A stretch of DNA of 32,000 bases, from the NCBI RefSeq assembly GCF_000025925.1, contig NC_014033.1, forward strand, positions 2,730,001 to 2,762,000. Direction: 5' to 3'. The position numbers were made by a program, and so were the translations under genes. Shown here in pieces: positions 6,925 to 15,049 of the stretch. The stretch comes from Xylanibacter ruminicola 23. GTDB taxonomy: Bacteria; Bacteroidota; Bacteroidia; Bacteroidales; Bacteroidaceae. The stretch's first letter is position 1; every line of letters starts with the position of its first letter. Below the pieces are notes generated by a model. That model did not search any database. It was not told the origin of the DNA and saw only the letters and a program-made list of their open reading frames with translations.

Positions 6925-8463
6925 TTAGGACAGATCGGAAGGACTGATTCCAAATTCATCCTTGAAACACTTGGTAAAGTAGCTGGGGGCGGTGAAACCA
7001 ACCTCGTAGGCAACCTCGGCGATGGTCTTATCGCCTTTTACCAGTAACTGATAGCCGCGATTCAATCGGGCAGAACGCAACAGCTCGACAGGCGACGAAC
7101 CAGAGATGGCCTTAACTTTACGGTACAGCTGTACACGACTCAGATTCATAGCAGCAGCCAAATCATCAACAGTCAGATCACTGTCGGAGAGACGGGCCTC
7201 GACCACATCCTTGAAGCGCACAATGAATAGCGGCTCCTTGGCCGATTCAGCAGCCTCATCTTCGGGTTGAACGACGGGCTGTGCAGCCGCAGGCTGTTGA
7301 TCGGCAGGCCGTACCGGCTCAGCTGGTGCCTTCATGTTCCACAGGTTATTGACAATACGCTCGCGCTGGGCCGACACTCTGGAACGATGATAGAGGATAA
7401 AGAGTACTAATATAAGTACCAGCAATGCCAACAAGACGAGTGCCAGCAACGAGATGGTGCGCTGTGTTGACAGTTGTTCAAGATAGCTGGCGGCTTTTTT
7501 CTGAAGTTTAATCAGATTATGCGCCTGGCGCACCACTTCGTCGCTTTCGAGTAACAGCACCGTAGCATTATCGCGGGTTACCAAAGCCGAGGTAAACAAG
7601 GTTTCTCTTGGATATTCTTTGCCATCGAGGATGTCGAGGGCCAGTTGTAGCAGTTGGTCGCCATGTGTAGGATAGATATACGAGGCATCGAGGAGCGAAT
7701 CGCGCACCTGTTGGATACCACCATCAGGTCCTGGCAAGGCATCGATACCACAGAACATGGGCAGTTTGGCGCCTCGTTCTTCGAAGGCCTTACGGGCCCC
7801 AATAGCAGAACGATCGTTATGTCCGAAAACCAGATCGATACTATTCATATCGCCCTTCCAGTTCTTAACGGCCTGATAAGCCGTAGGCTCAGTCCAGTCG
7901 CCTTGTATTTCGGCCACCACCTTAATATCGGGATAGGCTGCCAAAGCCACATGGAAGCCATTATAACGCTCCTCGGCAGGCGATGAACCTTTCAGTCCTT
8001 TCACTTCCATTATCTGCCCCTTACCACCAAGTTGGGTAGCGATGTATTCACCCATCAGGTGTCCCATCTCGTAGTTATCAGCACTCACAAAGGCTGAATA
8101 TTTTCGCGAGTCGGTTTTACGTTCGAACACGATAACGGGGATGCCCTTATCGTAGGCACGGTCGATAGCAGGCGACACCGACGAGAGCTGGTTGGGAGCC
8201 ACAATCAGCAGATTGATACCACTTTCCACCAGACTGTCTATCTGTTTACTCTGAAGTTCAGAATCGTCGTGAGCAGCAGTAAAGCGTAGTTCTACGCCCT
8301 CATGAAAGTTGGCCTCCATTCTCATCTCGGCGTTCTGCCAATCGCGCCAGATATCCTCAGAGCATTGCGATACACCTATTATATATTTAGGCTCGGCTTG
8401 TTTGCATCCCATGAACAGGATGGCCGTAAACATTAAAATAGAAATGAAAGAGTTTCTCATCAT
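6925..8463 (-). CDS. membrane-spanning one-component regulator: periplasmic sugar-binding (PBP type I) domain, TM helix, P/A/Q linker and AraC-type HTH
   Basis: 512 aa from MMRNSF. The signal or anchor has a lipobox-like LFMGC. A ribose-binding-protein-like domain (IGVSQCSEDIW...FGHNDRSAIGA...) spans about nt 7549-8385. A single TM helix ISLLALVLLALLVLILVLFILY lies at nt 7390-7455. The linker APAEPVRPADQQPAAAQPVVQPEDEAAE follows, and the C-terminal AraC HTH (nt 6928-7230) includes IAEVAYEVGFTAPSYFTKCFKDEFGISPS. I see no H-box, ATPase or receiver motifs. Confidence 0.85.
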   Translation of the reverse strand: MMRNSFISILMFTAILFMGCKQAEPKYIIGVSQCSEDIWRDWQNAEMRMEANFHEGVELRFTAAHDDSELQSKQIDSLVESGINLLIVAPNQLSSVSPAIDRAYDKGIPVIVFERKTDSRKYSAFVSADNYEMGHLMGEYIATQLGGKGQIMEVKGLKGSSPAEERYNGFHVALAAYPDIKVVAEIQGDWTEPTAYQAVKNWKGDMNSIDLVFGHNDRSAIGARKAFEERGAKLPMFCGIDALPGPDGGIQQVRDSLLDASYIYPTHGDQLLQLALDILDGKEYPRETLFTSALVTRDNATVLLLESDEVVRQAHNLIKLQKKAASYLEQLSTQRTISLLALVLLALLVLILVLFILYHRSRVSAQRERIVNNLWNMKAPAEPVRPADQQPAAAQPVVQPEDEAAESAKEPLFIVRFKDVVEARLSDSDLTVDDLAAAMNLSRVQLYRKVKAISGSSPVELLRSARLNRGYQLLVKGDKTIAEVAYEVGFTAPSYFTKCFKDEFGISPSDLS

Positions 8464-8483
8464 TGATCTCTGTTTTATGCAGG

Positions 8484-8491
8484 CAAATATA
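8484..8491 (-). promoter_or_regulatory. -7 promoter box TATATTTG (minus strand) for the regulator gene
   Basis: The plus strand reads CAAATATA, 21 nt upstream of the ATG at 8463. Confidence 0.5.
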
Positions 8492-8559
8492 CGAAATAAT
8501 CGCGAAACACGAAAACAAATTGATATTTTTTTGTATATTTGCAAGAGATAATAAGAATA

Positions 8560-8617
8560 ATCGTTCATAAATTAGCAAAAATGTTACATTGAAACAAAAA
8601 TAGGACGCAATGAACGA
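8560..8617. promoter_or_regulatory. candidate operator: split inverted repeat ATCGTTCAT / GCAATGAACGA upstream of susC
   Basis: ATCGTTCAT lies at 8560-8568 and GCAATGAACGA at 8607-8617. The same 9-mer and 11-mer recur at 16833-16869 before the second operon of the locus. Confidence 0.5.
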
Positions 8618-8647
8618 AATTTTGACGCTGCACGCACAATACATTAG

Positions 8648-8655
8648 TAATTTTG
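8648..8655 (+). promoter_or_regulatory. -7 promoter box TAATTTTG for the susC operon (alternative box TATATTTG at 8534-8541)
   Basis: TAnnTTTG match, 50 nt before the susC ATG. The alternative box would give a 164-nt leader. Confidence 0.45.
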
Positions 8656-8704
8656 TGCAGGATTTAAAATCAGATTTGAGTACTAACAATTAAAACAAGC
8701 AACA

Positions 8705-11700
8705 ATGGAAAGACTAAAGAAACGTTTTCTGTGTTTTGCTCTCTTGCTCGTAAGTACAATGATGTATGCACAGACAGAGATCAGTGGTACGGTGATAGAT
8801 GCTACAGGCGAAGCTGTCATCGGTGCTACAGTAAAGGAGAAGGGGACCACGAACGGTACAGTAACCGATTTCGATGGAGCCTTCACCATCAAAGTGAACG
8901 AGAATGCCACTCTGGTTATCTCGTACATCGGCTACCAGACACAAGAGGTACCTGCGAAACAAGGTATGAAGGTAACTATGAAAGACGACAGCGAACTTCT
9001 GAAGGAGGTTGTGGTAACAGGTTATACCACCCAGCGCAAGGCCGATCTGACGGGTGCCATCTCGACCGTAAGCGTAGACGAGATTGCCAAGCAGAACGAG
9101 AACAACCCAATGAAGGCACTGCAGGGTCGTGTACCAGGCATGAATATCACAGCCGATGGTAATCCTTCGGGTGCTGCAACGGTCCGTATCCGTGGTGTAG
9201 GAACCCTGAACGACAACGATCCACTTTACATCATCGACGGTGTGCCCACAAAGGCTGGTATGCATGAGTTGAACGGTAACGATATCGAGAGCATCCAGGT
9301 GCTGAAGGATGCAGCTTCTGCCAGTATCTATGGTAGCCGCGCCGCCAACGGTGTGATCATCATCACCACCAAGAAGGGTAAGGACGGCAAGGTAAAGGTG
9401 AACTTCGACGGCAGTGTGGCCACCTCGTTCTATACTAATAAGATTGAGACCATGAACGCCAGCGAGTGGGGACGCGCATACTGGCAGGCTTGCGTGAACG
9501 ATGGTGTGAACCCAAGCAACAATAACCTAGGATACAACTACGACTGGAGCTACGACGCTAAAGGCAATCCCGTACTGAATAATATGACTATGAACATGTA
9601 TCTGGACGAGAACGCCAGTGTACGTGCAGGTGATACAGACTGGTTCGATGAGATTACGCGCACAGGCGTGGTACAGCAGTACAACCTCTCGGTAAGCAAC
9701 GGCTCGGAGAAGGGCAGTTCATTCTTCAGCATTGGCTACTACGACAACCAAGGTACCATTAAGAAGAGTAACTTCAACCGTCTGTCGGCTCGTGCTAATG
9801 CAGACTATAAGCTGTTCGATGGCAAGGTAGTGATTGGTGAGAACTTCACCATGAACCGTACCAAGGGCAATGACGCTCCTGGCGGAGTGCTGGAGCACGC
9901 ACTTGAGTTTAACCCTAACTTCCCTATATGGGCAGAGAACGGTAAATATGCTCAGGCACTGGGTGCCTACTCTGAGCGCGAGAACCCTCTGAGCATGATT
10001 GATAATAACAAGGACAACGAATACACACAGTGGCGCTCATTCGGCGATGTGCACCTGAGCATCACCCCATTCAAGAACTTTATGGTTCGCACCACACTGG
10101 GTATGGACTATACACAGAAGGAGCAGCGCTTCTTTACCTACCCTATCGAAAATGGTAAGGTTAAGCGTACCGATAGCGCTGTTGAAAGCAAGCAGGAACA
10201 CTGGATGCGCTGGATGTGGAACGCCATTGCTACCTATAATCTTGAAATCGGCAAGCATCGCGGCGATGCCATGATTGGTACAGAGGTGAACCGTCAGGAC
10301 TATAAGTGGAATAGTGCCAAGCGCTATGAACTGGCTATTCTGAACACCGACTATATGTGGCCAAGTGCTGGTGCAGGCAAGCAGTTAGCCGAAGGTTCAG
10401 GCGAAGGATTCAGTCTTCTGTCATTCTTCGGTAAAGTGAACTACACCTACGACGACAAGTATCTGGCATCTGTCACCATCCGTCGCGACGGTTCGAGCCG
10501 ATTCGGTAGCAACAACCAGTATGGTACATTCCCATCAGTATCAGCTGGTTGGCGCATCTCAGAAGAGAAGTTTATGGCTAAGACAAAGAGCTGGCTCGAC
10601 AATCTGAAACTTCGCTATTCTTGGGGACAGACTGGTAACCAAGAAATCTCAAACACTTCACGATACACCCTCTACAAGTCGGTAGTATCTACTGGACTAT
10701 GGGGCAGCGGACAGGCTGGTTCTTCATACGACATCAGCGGTAAGAACGGTGGTTACGACCTGGCGAACGGTTATGTACGCAATCAGCGCGGTAACGACGA
10801 CATCAAGTGGGAAACCACCACACAGCATAATATAGGTATTGATTTCGCTATCCTGCGAAACGAAATCTACGGTAGTTTCGACTGGTTCAACAAGAAGACC
10901 ACCGACATTCTGCTCTTCATGGAAGGTATCGCTGCTATGGGTGAAGGATCTGGTCAGTGGATCAATGCCGGCGAGGTGAAGAACAACGGTTGGGAACTGA
11001 GCATTGGCTATCGCCACCAGTTGGATAACGGTTTTTCGTGGGATATCAACGGAAACATCAGTAAGTATGTGAATGAGATTACAAAACTGCCTGAGACAGT
11101 AGCTGCCAACGGTAAGTATGGTGGTAACGGCGTGAAGAGTGTTGTAGGTCATCCTATGTTTTCACAGGTTGGCTACATCTACGACGGCATCTTCAAGAGT
11201 CAGGAGGAGATTGACAATCATGCCACACAGGAAGGTGCAGGACTGGGCCGAATCCGTTATAAGGATCTTAACGGCGATGGCATCATCACAGAGGCCGATC
11301 AGGACTGGATATATGACCCAACACCCGACTTCACTTGGGGTCTGAACATCTACCTGCAGTACAAGGACTGGGATATGACCATGTTCTGGCAGGGCGTACA
11401 GGGTGTTGATGTAGACTGTCGCGGATATAAGTCGCAGACCGACTTCTGGGCCAACTCTGCCATCAACGTTCCTTATCTGAACAAGGGTAAGCGTGCACTC
11501 GACGCTTGGAGTCCAGCTAATCCTGGCAGCAATATCCCTGCCCTCACCACATCGGATACCAACAACGAGGGTCGTGTATCATCTTACTACATTGAGAACG
11601 GTTCGTATGCCAAGCTGCGCACCATACAGCTGGGCTACAACCTGCCCAAGAAGGTTACAGAGAAACTACACATGGACCGCATCCGTGTATATGCCTCGGC

Positions 11701-11815
11701 TCAGAATCTCATTACCATCAAGAGCGGCAAGTTTACTGGTGCCGATCCTGAGAACCCTGGATTCAACTATCCTATACCTCTCAACCTTACATTTGGTGTG
11801 AACGTAGGATTCTAA
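8705..11815 (+). CDS. susC: SusC/RagA-family TonB-dependent outer-membrane transporter
   Basis: 1036 aa. It has a signal peptide, an N-terminal carboxypeptidase-regulatory-like domain (ISGTVIDATGEAVIGATV), the TonB box/plug region (EVVVTGYTTQRKADLTGAIS), and the NGVIIITTKKG motif. The C-terminal residue is F. There is no STN domain. Confidence 0.95.
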   Translation: MERLKKRFLCFALLLVSTMMYAQTEISGTVIDATGEAVIGATVKEKGTTNGTVTDFDGAFTIKVNENATLVISYIGYQTQEVPAKQGMKVTMKDDSELLKEVVVTGYTTQRKADLTGAISTVSVDEIAKQNENNPMKALQGRVPGMNITADGNPSGAATVRIRGVGTLNDNDPLYIIDGVPTKAGMHELNGNDIESIQVLKDAASASIYGSRAANGVIIITTKKGKDGKVKVNFDGSVATSFYTNKIETMNASEWGRAYWQACVNDGVNPSNNNLGYNYDWSYDAKGNPVLNNMTMNMYLDENASVRAGDTDWFDEITRTGVVQQYNLSVSNGSEKGSSFFSIGYYDNQGTIKKSNFNRLSARANADYKLFDGKVVIGENFTMNRTKGNDAPGGVLEHALEFNPNFPIWAENGKYAQALGAYSERENPLSMIDNNKDNEYTQWRSFGDVHLSITPFKNFMVRTTLGMDYTQKEQRFFTYPIENGKVKRTDSAVESKQEHWMRWMWNAIATYNLEIGKHRGDAMIGTEVNRQDYKWNSAKRYELAILNTDYMWPSAGAGKQLAEGSGEGFSLLSFFGKVNYTYDDKYLASVTIRRDGSSRFGSNNQYGTFPSVSAGWRISEEKFMAKTKSWLDNLKLRYSWGQTGNQEISNTSRYTLYKSVVSTGLWGSGQAGSSYDISGKNGGYDLANGYVRNQRGNDDIKWETTTQHNIGIDFAILRNEIYGSFDWFNKKTTDILLFMEGIAAMGEGSGQWINAGEVKNNGWELSIGYRHQLDNGFSWDINGNISKYVNEITKLPETVAANGKYGGNGVKSVVGHPMFSQVGYIYDGIFKSQEEIDNHATQEGAGLGRIRYKDLNGDGIITEADQDWIYDPTPDFTWGLNIYLQYKDWDMTMFWQGVQGVDVDCRGYKSQTDFWANSAINVPYLNKGKRALDAWSPANPGSNIPALTTSDTNNEGRVSSYYIENGSYAKLRTIQLGYNLPKKVTEKLHMDRIRVYASAQNLITIKSGKFTGADPENPGFNYPIPLNLTFGVNVGF

Positions 11816-11819
11816 TTGA

Positions 11820-11847
11820 ATTGATAAATGAAAATTGATAAATGAAA
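11820..11847 (+). repeat. perfect tandem 14-mer (ATTGATAAATGAAA x2 plus a partial third copy) in the susC-susD spacer
   Basis: Bases 11820-11833 are identical to 11834-11847. A third partial copy runs into the susD start region. Confidence 0.85.
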
Positions 11848-11857
11848 ATTGATGATT

Positions 11858-13603
11858 ATGAAAACAATATATAGATCAATCTGCGCAATCTGCGTCATCT
11901 GTGGTTTCATGAGCTGCTCCAACTTCCTGGAAGAGCAGGTACCACAGGCCACACTGACACAGGACGAGGTGAAGAACCCAGAATATATAGACAATGTGCT
12001 GATATCAGCATACGCCGGACTGGTTTCGATTGAGGATATGAACGCATCTTTCTCACTCTGGAACTACGACACACGAAGCGACGACGCATACGTTGGCGGT
12101 TCAGACTTCTCTGATGGTGAACCATTCCACCGCTTGGAAAAGAGCACTGGCGTGATGACTACCGACTGGCCTTTCAGCTCGATTTGGACACGTTTCTACA
12201 ATTATCTGAGCCGCGTAAGTCTGTCGCTCGACATTCTGGCCAGCGCCGATCAGGAGAACGCCACCATCAAGCAGCGTACTGCCGAGATGAAGTTCCTGCG
12301 TGCTTACGGACACTTCCAGCTGAAGCGCCTGTTCAAGAAGATTCCATTCGTGAACAAGCCCAACATGACGGAAGAGGACTACAACAACCTTTCGAACACG
12401 GAATACACCAACGACGAGGGCTGGCAGCAGATTATCAACGATCTGGAGGATGCTTACGCCGTACTGCCTGTTACCCAGGCCGACAAGGGACGCCCCACAA
12501 AGGCTGCATGTGCCGCATTCCTGGCTAAGGTTTATCTCTATAAGGCTTATCATCAGGACGATGCCAACAGCAATCAGGTGACATCTATCAGCGATGCCGA
12601 CCTACAGAAGGTGGTAGAATACACCAATCCATCCATCTACACTGCTGCCGGCTATGGTCTGGAGCCCGACCTGCACAATAATTTCCGCCCTGAGGAGCAG
12701 TATGAGAACGGCAAGGAGAGTATCTGGGCCATCCAGTACTCAAGAAACGATGGTACCGTATATGGTAACCTGAACTTCTCATACCGTCTGATTGTACCAT
12801 GTATCCCTAAGGTTCACGACTCTGGTTGCGATTTCTACAAGCCATCACATAATCTGGTAAGTGCTTATCGTACCAACAGCGACGGTCTGCCCATGCTCGA
12901 TACTTTTGCTGATACTGAATACACCGTAGGTTCAGCACAGACTGTAGATCCAAGATTGTTTGTAACAGTAGGCGTACCAGGTACCCCTTATATGTTCAAT
13001 ACAAGCTTTATGATTGCAGAGAGCAATGCTTGGAGCCGCTCAGGTGGCACATTCGGATACTTTGTATCGCTGAAGCAGAATGTTGATCCTGCGCTGACAG
13101 ACAGCTATCTATATCTGTGCGACTCGCAGTGGGCAAGTTCGATGAACCGCATCGTTCTTCGCTATGCCGACGTACTATTGATGCGCGCTGAGGCTCAGGC
13201 ACAGTTAGGGCAGACATCTGAGGCTATTGCACTGGTTAATCAGGTTCGTGAGCGTGCTGCAGGCATGATTACAAGCAGTGTTGTATCTAACTATCCTAAT
13301 AAGTATGGTGTACACTATGCAGTAGGTAAGTACAGCGGCAGTTACAGCAAGGACGAGGCCATGAAGATTGTGAAGATGGAACGCCGACTGGAGTTGGCTA
13401 TGGAGAGTGAGCGTTTCTTCGACCTGGTACGCTGGGGCGATGCGGCTACAGTACTTAACAAGTACTACTCTACAGAGAGTGAGAAGATGAACTTCCTGAG
13501 CGGATCGCAGTTTACTGCCAACAAGAATGAGTACCTACCCGTACCATTCGAACAGATGGCTGCATCTAACGGACACTACACCCAGAACTGTGGACAGTGG
13601 TAA
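11858..13603 (+). CDS. susD: SusD/RagB-family nutrient-binding outer-membrane lipoprotein
   Basis: It lies directly downstream of susC. The lipoprotein signal is MKTIYRSICAICVICGFMSC, and the TPR-like SusD core includes RAYGHFQLKRLF and LLMRAEA. Starts at 11849 (TTG) or 11852 are also possible. Confidence 0.93.
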   Translation: MKTIYRSICAICVICGFMSCSNFLEEQVPQATLTQDEVKNPEYIDNVLISAYAGLVSIEDMNASFSLWNYDTRSDDAYVGGSDFSDGEPFHRLEKSTGVMTTDWPFSSIWTRFYNYLSRVSLSLDILASADQENATIKQRTAEMKFLRAYGHFQLKRLFKKIPFVNKPNMTEEDYNNLSNTEYTNDEGWQQIINDLEDAYAVLPVTQADKGRPTKAACAAFLAKVYLYKAYHQDDANSNQVTSISDADLQKVVEYTNPSIYTAAGYGLEPDLHNNFRPEEQYENGKESIWAIQYSRNDGTVYGNLNFSYRLIVPCIPKVHDSGCDFYKPSHNLVSAYRTNSDGLPMLDTFADTEYTVGSAQTVDPRLFVTVGVPGTPYMFNTSFMIAESNAWSRSGGTFGYFVSLKQNVDPALTDSYLYLCDSQWASSMNRIVLRYADVLLMRAEAQAQLGQTSEAIALVNQVRERAAGMITSSVVSNYPNKYGVHYAVGKYSGSYSKDEAMKIVKMERRLELAMESERFFDLVRWGDAATVLNKYYSTESEKMNFLSGSQFTANKNEYLPVPFEQMAASNGHYTQNCGQW

Positions 13604-13648
13604 GAATCGAGTTAAGATTTAACAATTAAGAATTTAGAGTTAAGAGTT

Positions 13649-15037
13649 ATGAAAACGATATATAGCATTATCTGCGCAATATGCATCGTATGCGGGCTCA
13701 CCGCTTGTAACGATGATCATACGGGCAGCATCGACGTAAGCGGTTCATGCTTGGTTGAGAAGTTTGTCCTGAACGGACAATACGAAGGTACCATCAACAC
13801 AGAGAAGCGACTGGTAAAAGTAAAAGTGCCCGTAGATTTCGCCCAGAAGGGTGATATGGAGATAACCAGTCTGACCGTATCAGCTGGTGCACAGACCAAT
13901 ATGAAGGTAGGTGACCACATCAACTTTGATGCCGATCGCAATCTTCACATCAGCAATGGCGACTTGGTGATGGACTATCAGGTAAGCGTAAGAAATGACG
14001 AGGCTCTGATGTCGCTCTTTATCCTTGAGGGTGTGAAAGGTGCCATCAACCAGCAAGACAAGACTATCACAGTAAGCGTGATGGCTAACAGCGGTATCGA
14101 CCTGAGCAATGCAACATTCGAGGTTGAATGCAGCGAGGATGCCACATGTAGTCCAGCAAGCGGCACTAAGGGCAACTTCACTGAGCCATTCCAGATTACA
14201 CTCAACGATAATACTGCTACCACAGTTTATACGGTTTACGTAACACTGATTGAGGATCCTATCGCACTGTTTGTTGGCGATGCTGAGAACATCGAACTGC
14301 TGAACGATGAGGAGAAGGCCGCTGCCAAGTGGCTCACTGGTAACATCGCAAGCGCTGCCTACGCATCGTGGAGCGACGTAGCTGGCGGTAACATCTCGCT
14401 CGAGAAGTGTAAGCTGATATTCTTCCACCGTCATTGCTCATCGTATGGCAATTACAACGGATTTGCTGAGGCTGAGCAGGGCGCTATGACAGCACTGGCT
14501 AAGATGAAGGAATACTGGCAGAAGGGTGGCGCATTCGTACTGGGACGTAGCGCTGTGAACTATGCTATTGCACTGGGTGCTATGCCTGAGGACGCTTATC
14601 CAAACAATGTTTGGGGCGGCGGAGGCGGCGAAGGCTCCGACCTGATGGGCGACGATCCTTGGCATACATGGGCCTACGACGCTGCTCACCCACTATGGAA
14701 AGGACTCACCACCTATCCAGGAGCACCTGAAAACGCCATCTACACACTCGACAATGGCTACACCATCTGTAACACCACATCACAGTACGGATTCTGGGAT
14801 ACCTATCAGGATGGTAAGGATGCATTCGAGGCCAAGACTGGTGGACGCGCACTGACTGGCGACAACAGCGTGAACGCCTGGGAGTTGAAGAGTGCTAACG
14901 GCGAATTTGGCAAGGGTGGTATCATCTGTCTGGGCTCAGGCCTCTACGACTGGAACTCTCCTACTCCATACGAGTCGATCTATCACGAAAACATGGGCAA
15001 GATTATGCTCAACGCATTTGATTATCTAACAAAATAA
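13649..15037 (+). CDS. surface lipoprotein, probable glycan-binding protein of the fructan locus (DUF4960-like C-terminal domain)
   Basis: The lipobox is GLTAC followed by NDD, an acidic surface-export signature. Its position after susD matches that of the BT1761-type protein in Bacteroides fructan loci. The family assignment is from memory only. Confidence 0.7.
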   Translation: MKTIYSIICAICIVCGLTACNDDHTGSIDVSGSCLVEKFVLNGQYEGTINTEKRLVKVKVPVDFAQKGDMEITSLTVSAGAQTNMKVGDHINFDADRNLHISNGDLVMDYQVSVRNDEALMSLFILEGVKGAINQQDKTITVSVMANSGIDLSNATFEVECSEDATCSPASGTKGNFTEPFQITLNDNTATTVYTVYVTLIEDPIALFVGDAENIELLNDEEKAAAKWLTGNIASAAYASWSDVAGGNISLEKCKLIFFHRHCSSYGNYNGFAEAEQGAMTALAKMKEYWQKGGAFVLGRSAVNYAIALGAMPEDAYPNNVWGGGGGEGSDLMGDDPWHTWAYDAAHPLWKGLTTYPGAPENAIYTLDNGYTICNTTSQYGFWDTYQDGKDAFEAKTGGRALTGDNSVNAWELKSANGEFGKGGIICLGSGLYDWNSPTPYESIYHENMGKIMLNAFDYLTK

Positions 15038-15049
15038 AAACAGAAAGTT

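Noticed and set aside
6176-6928. 250-aa plus-strand ORF covering the upp region
   Set aside because: It is antisense to upp, which carries unmistakable Upp motifs. The translation is His/Gln/Thr-rich nonsense with no family resemblance.
8464-8568. 35-codon N-terminal extension of the regulator ORF (MNDYSYYLLQ...)
   Set aside because: It would place the -7 box (8484-8491) inside the gene. The MMRNSF start yields a normal signal/anchor sequence.
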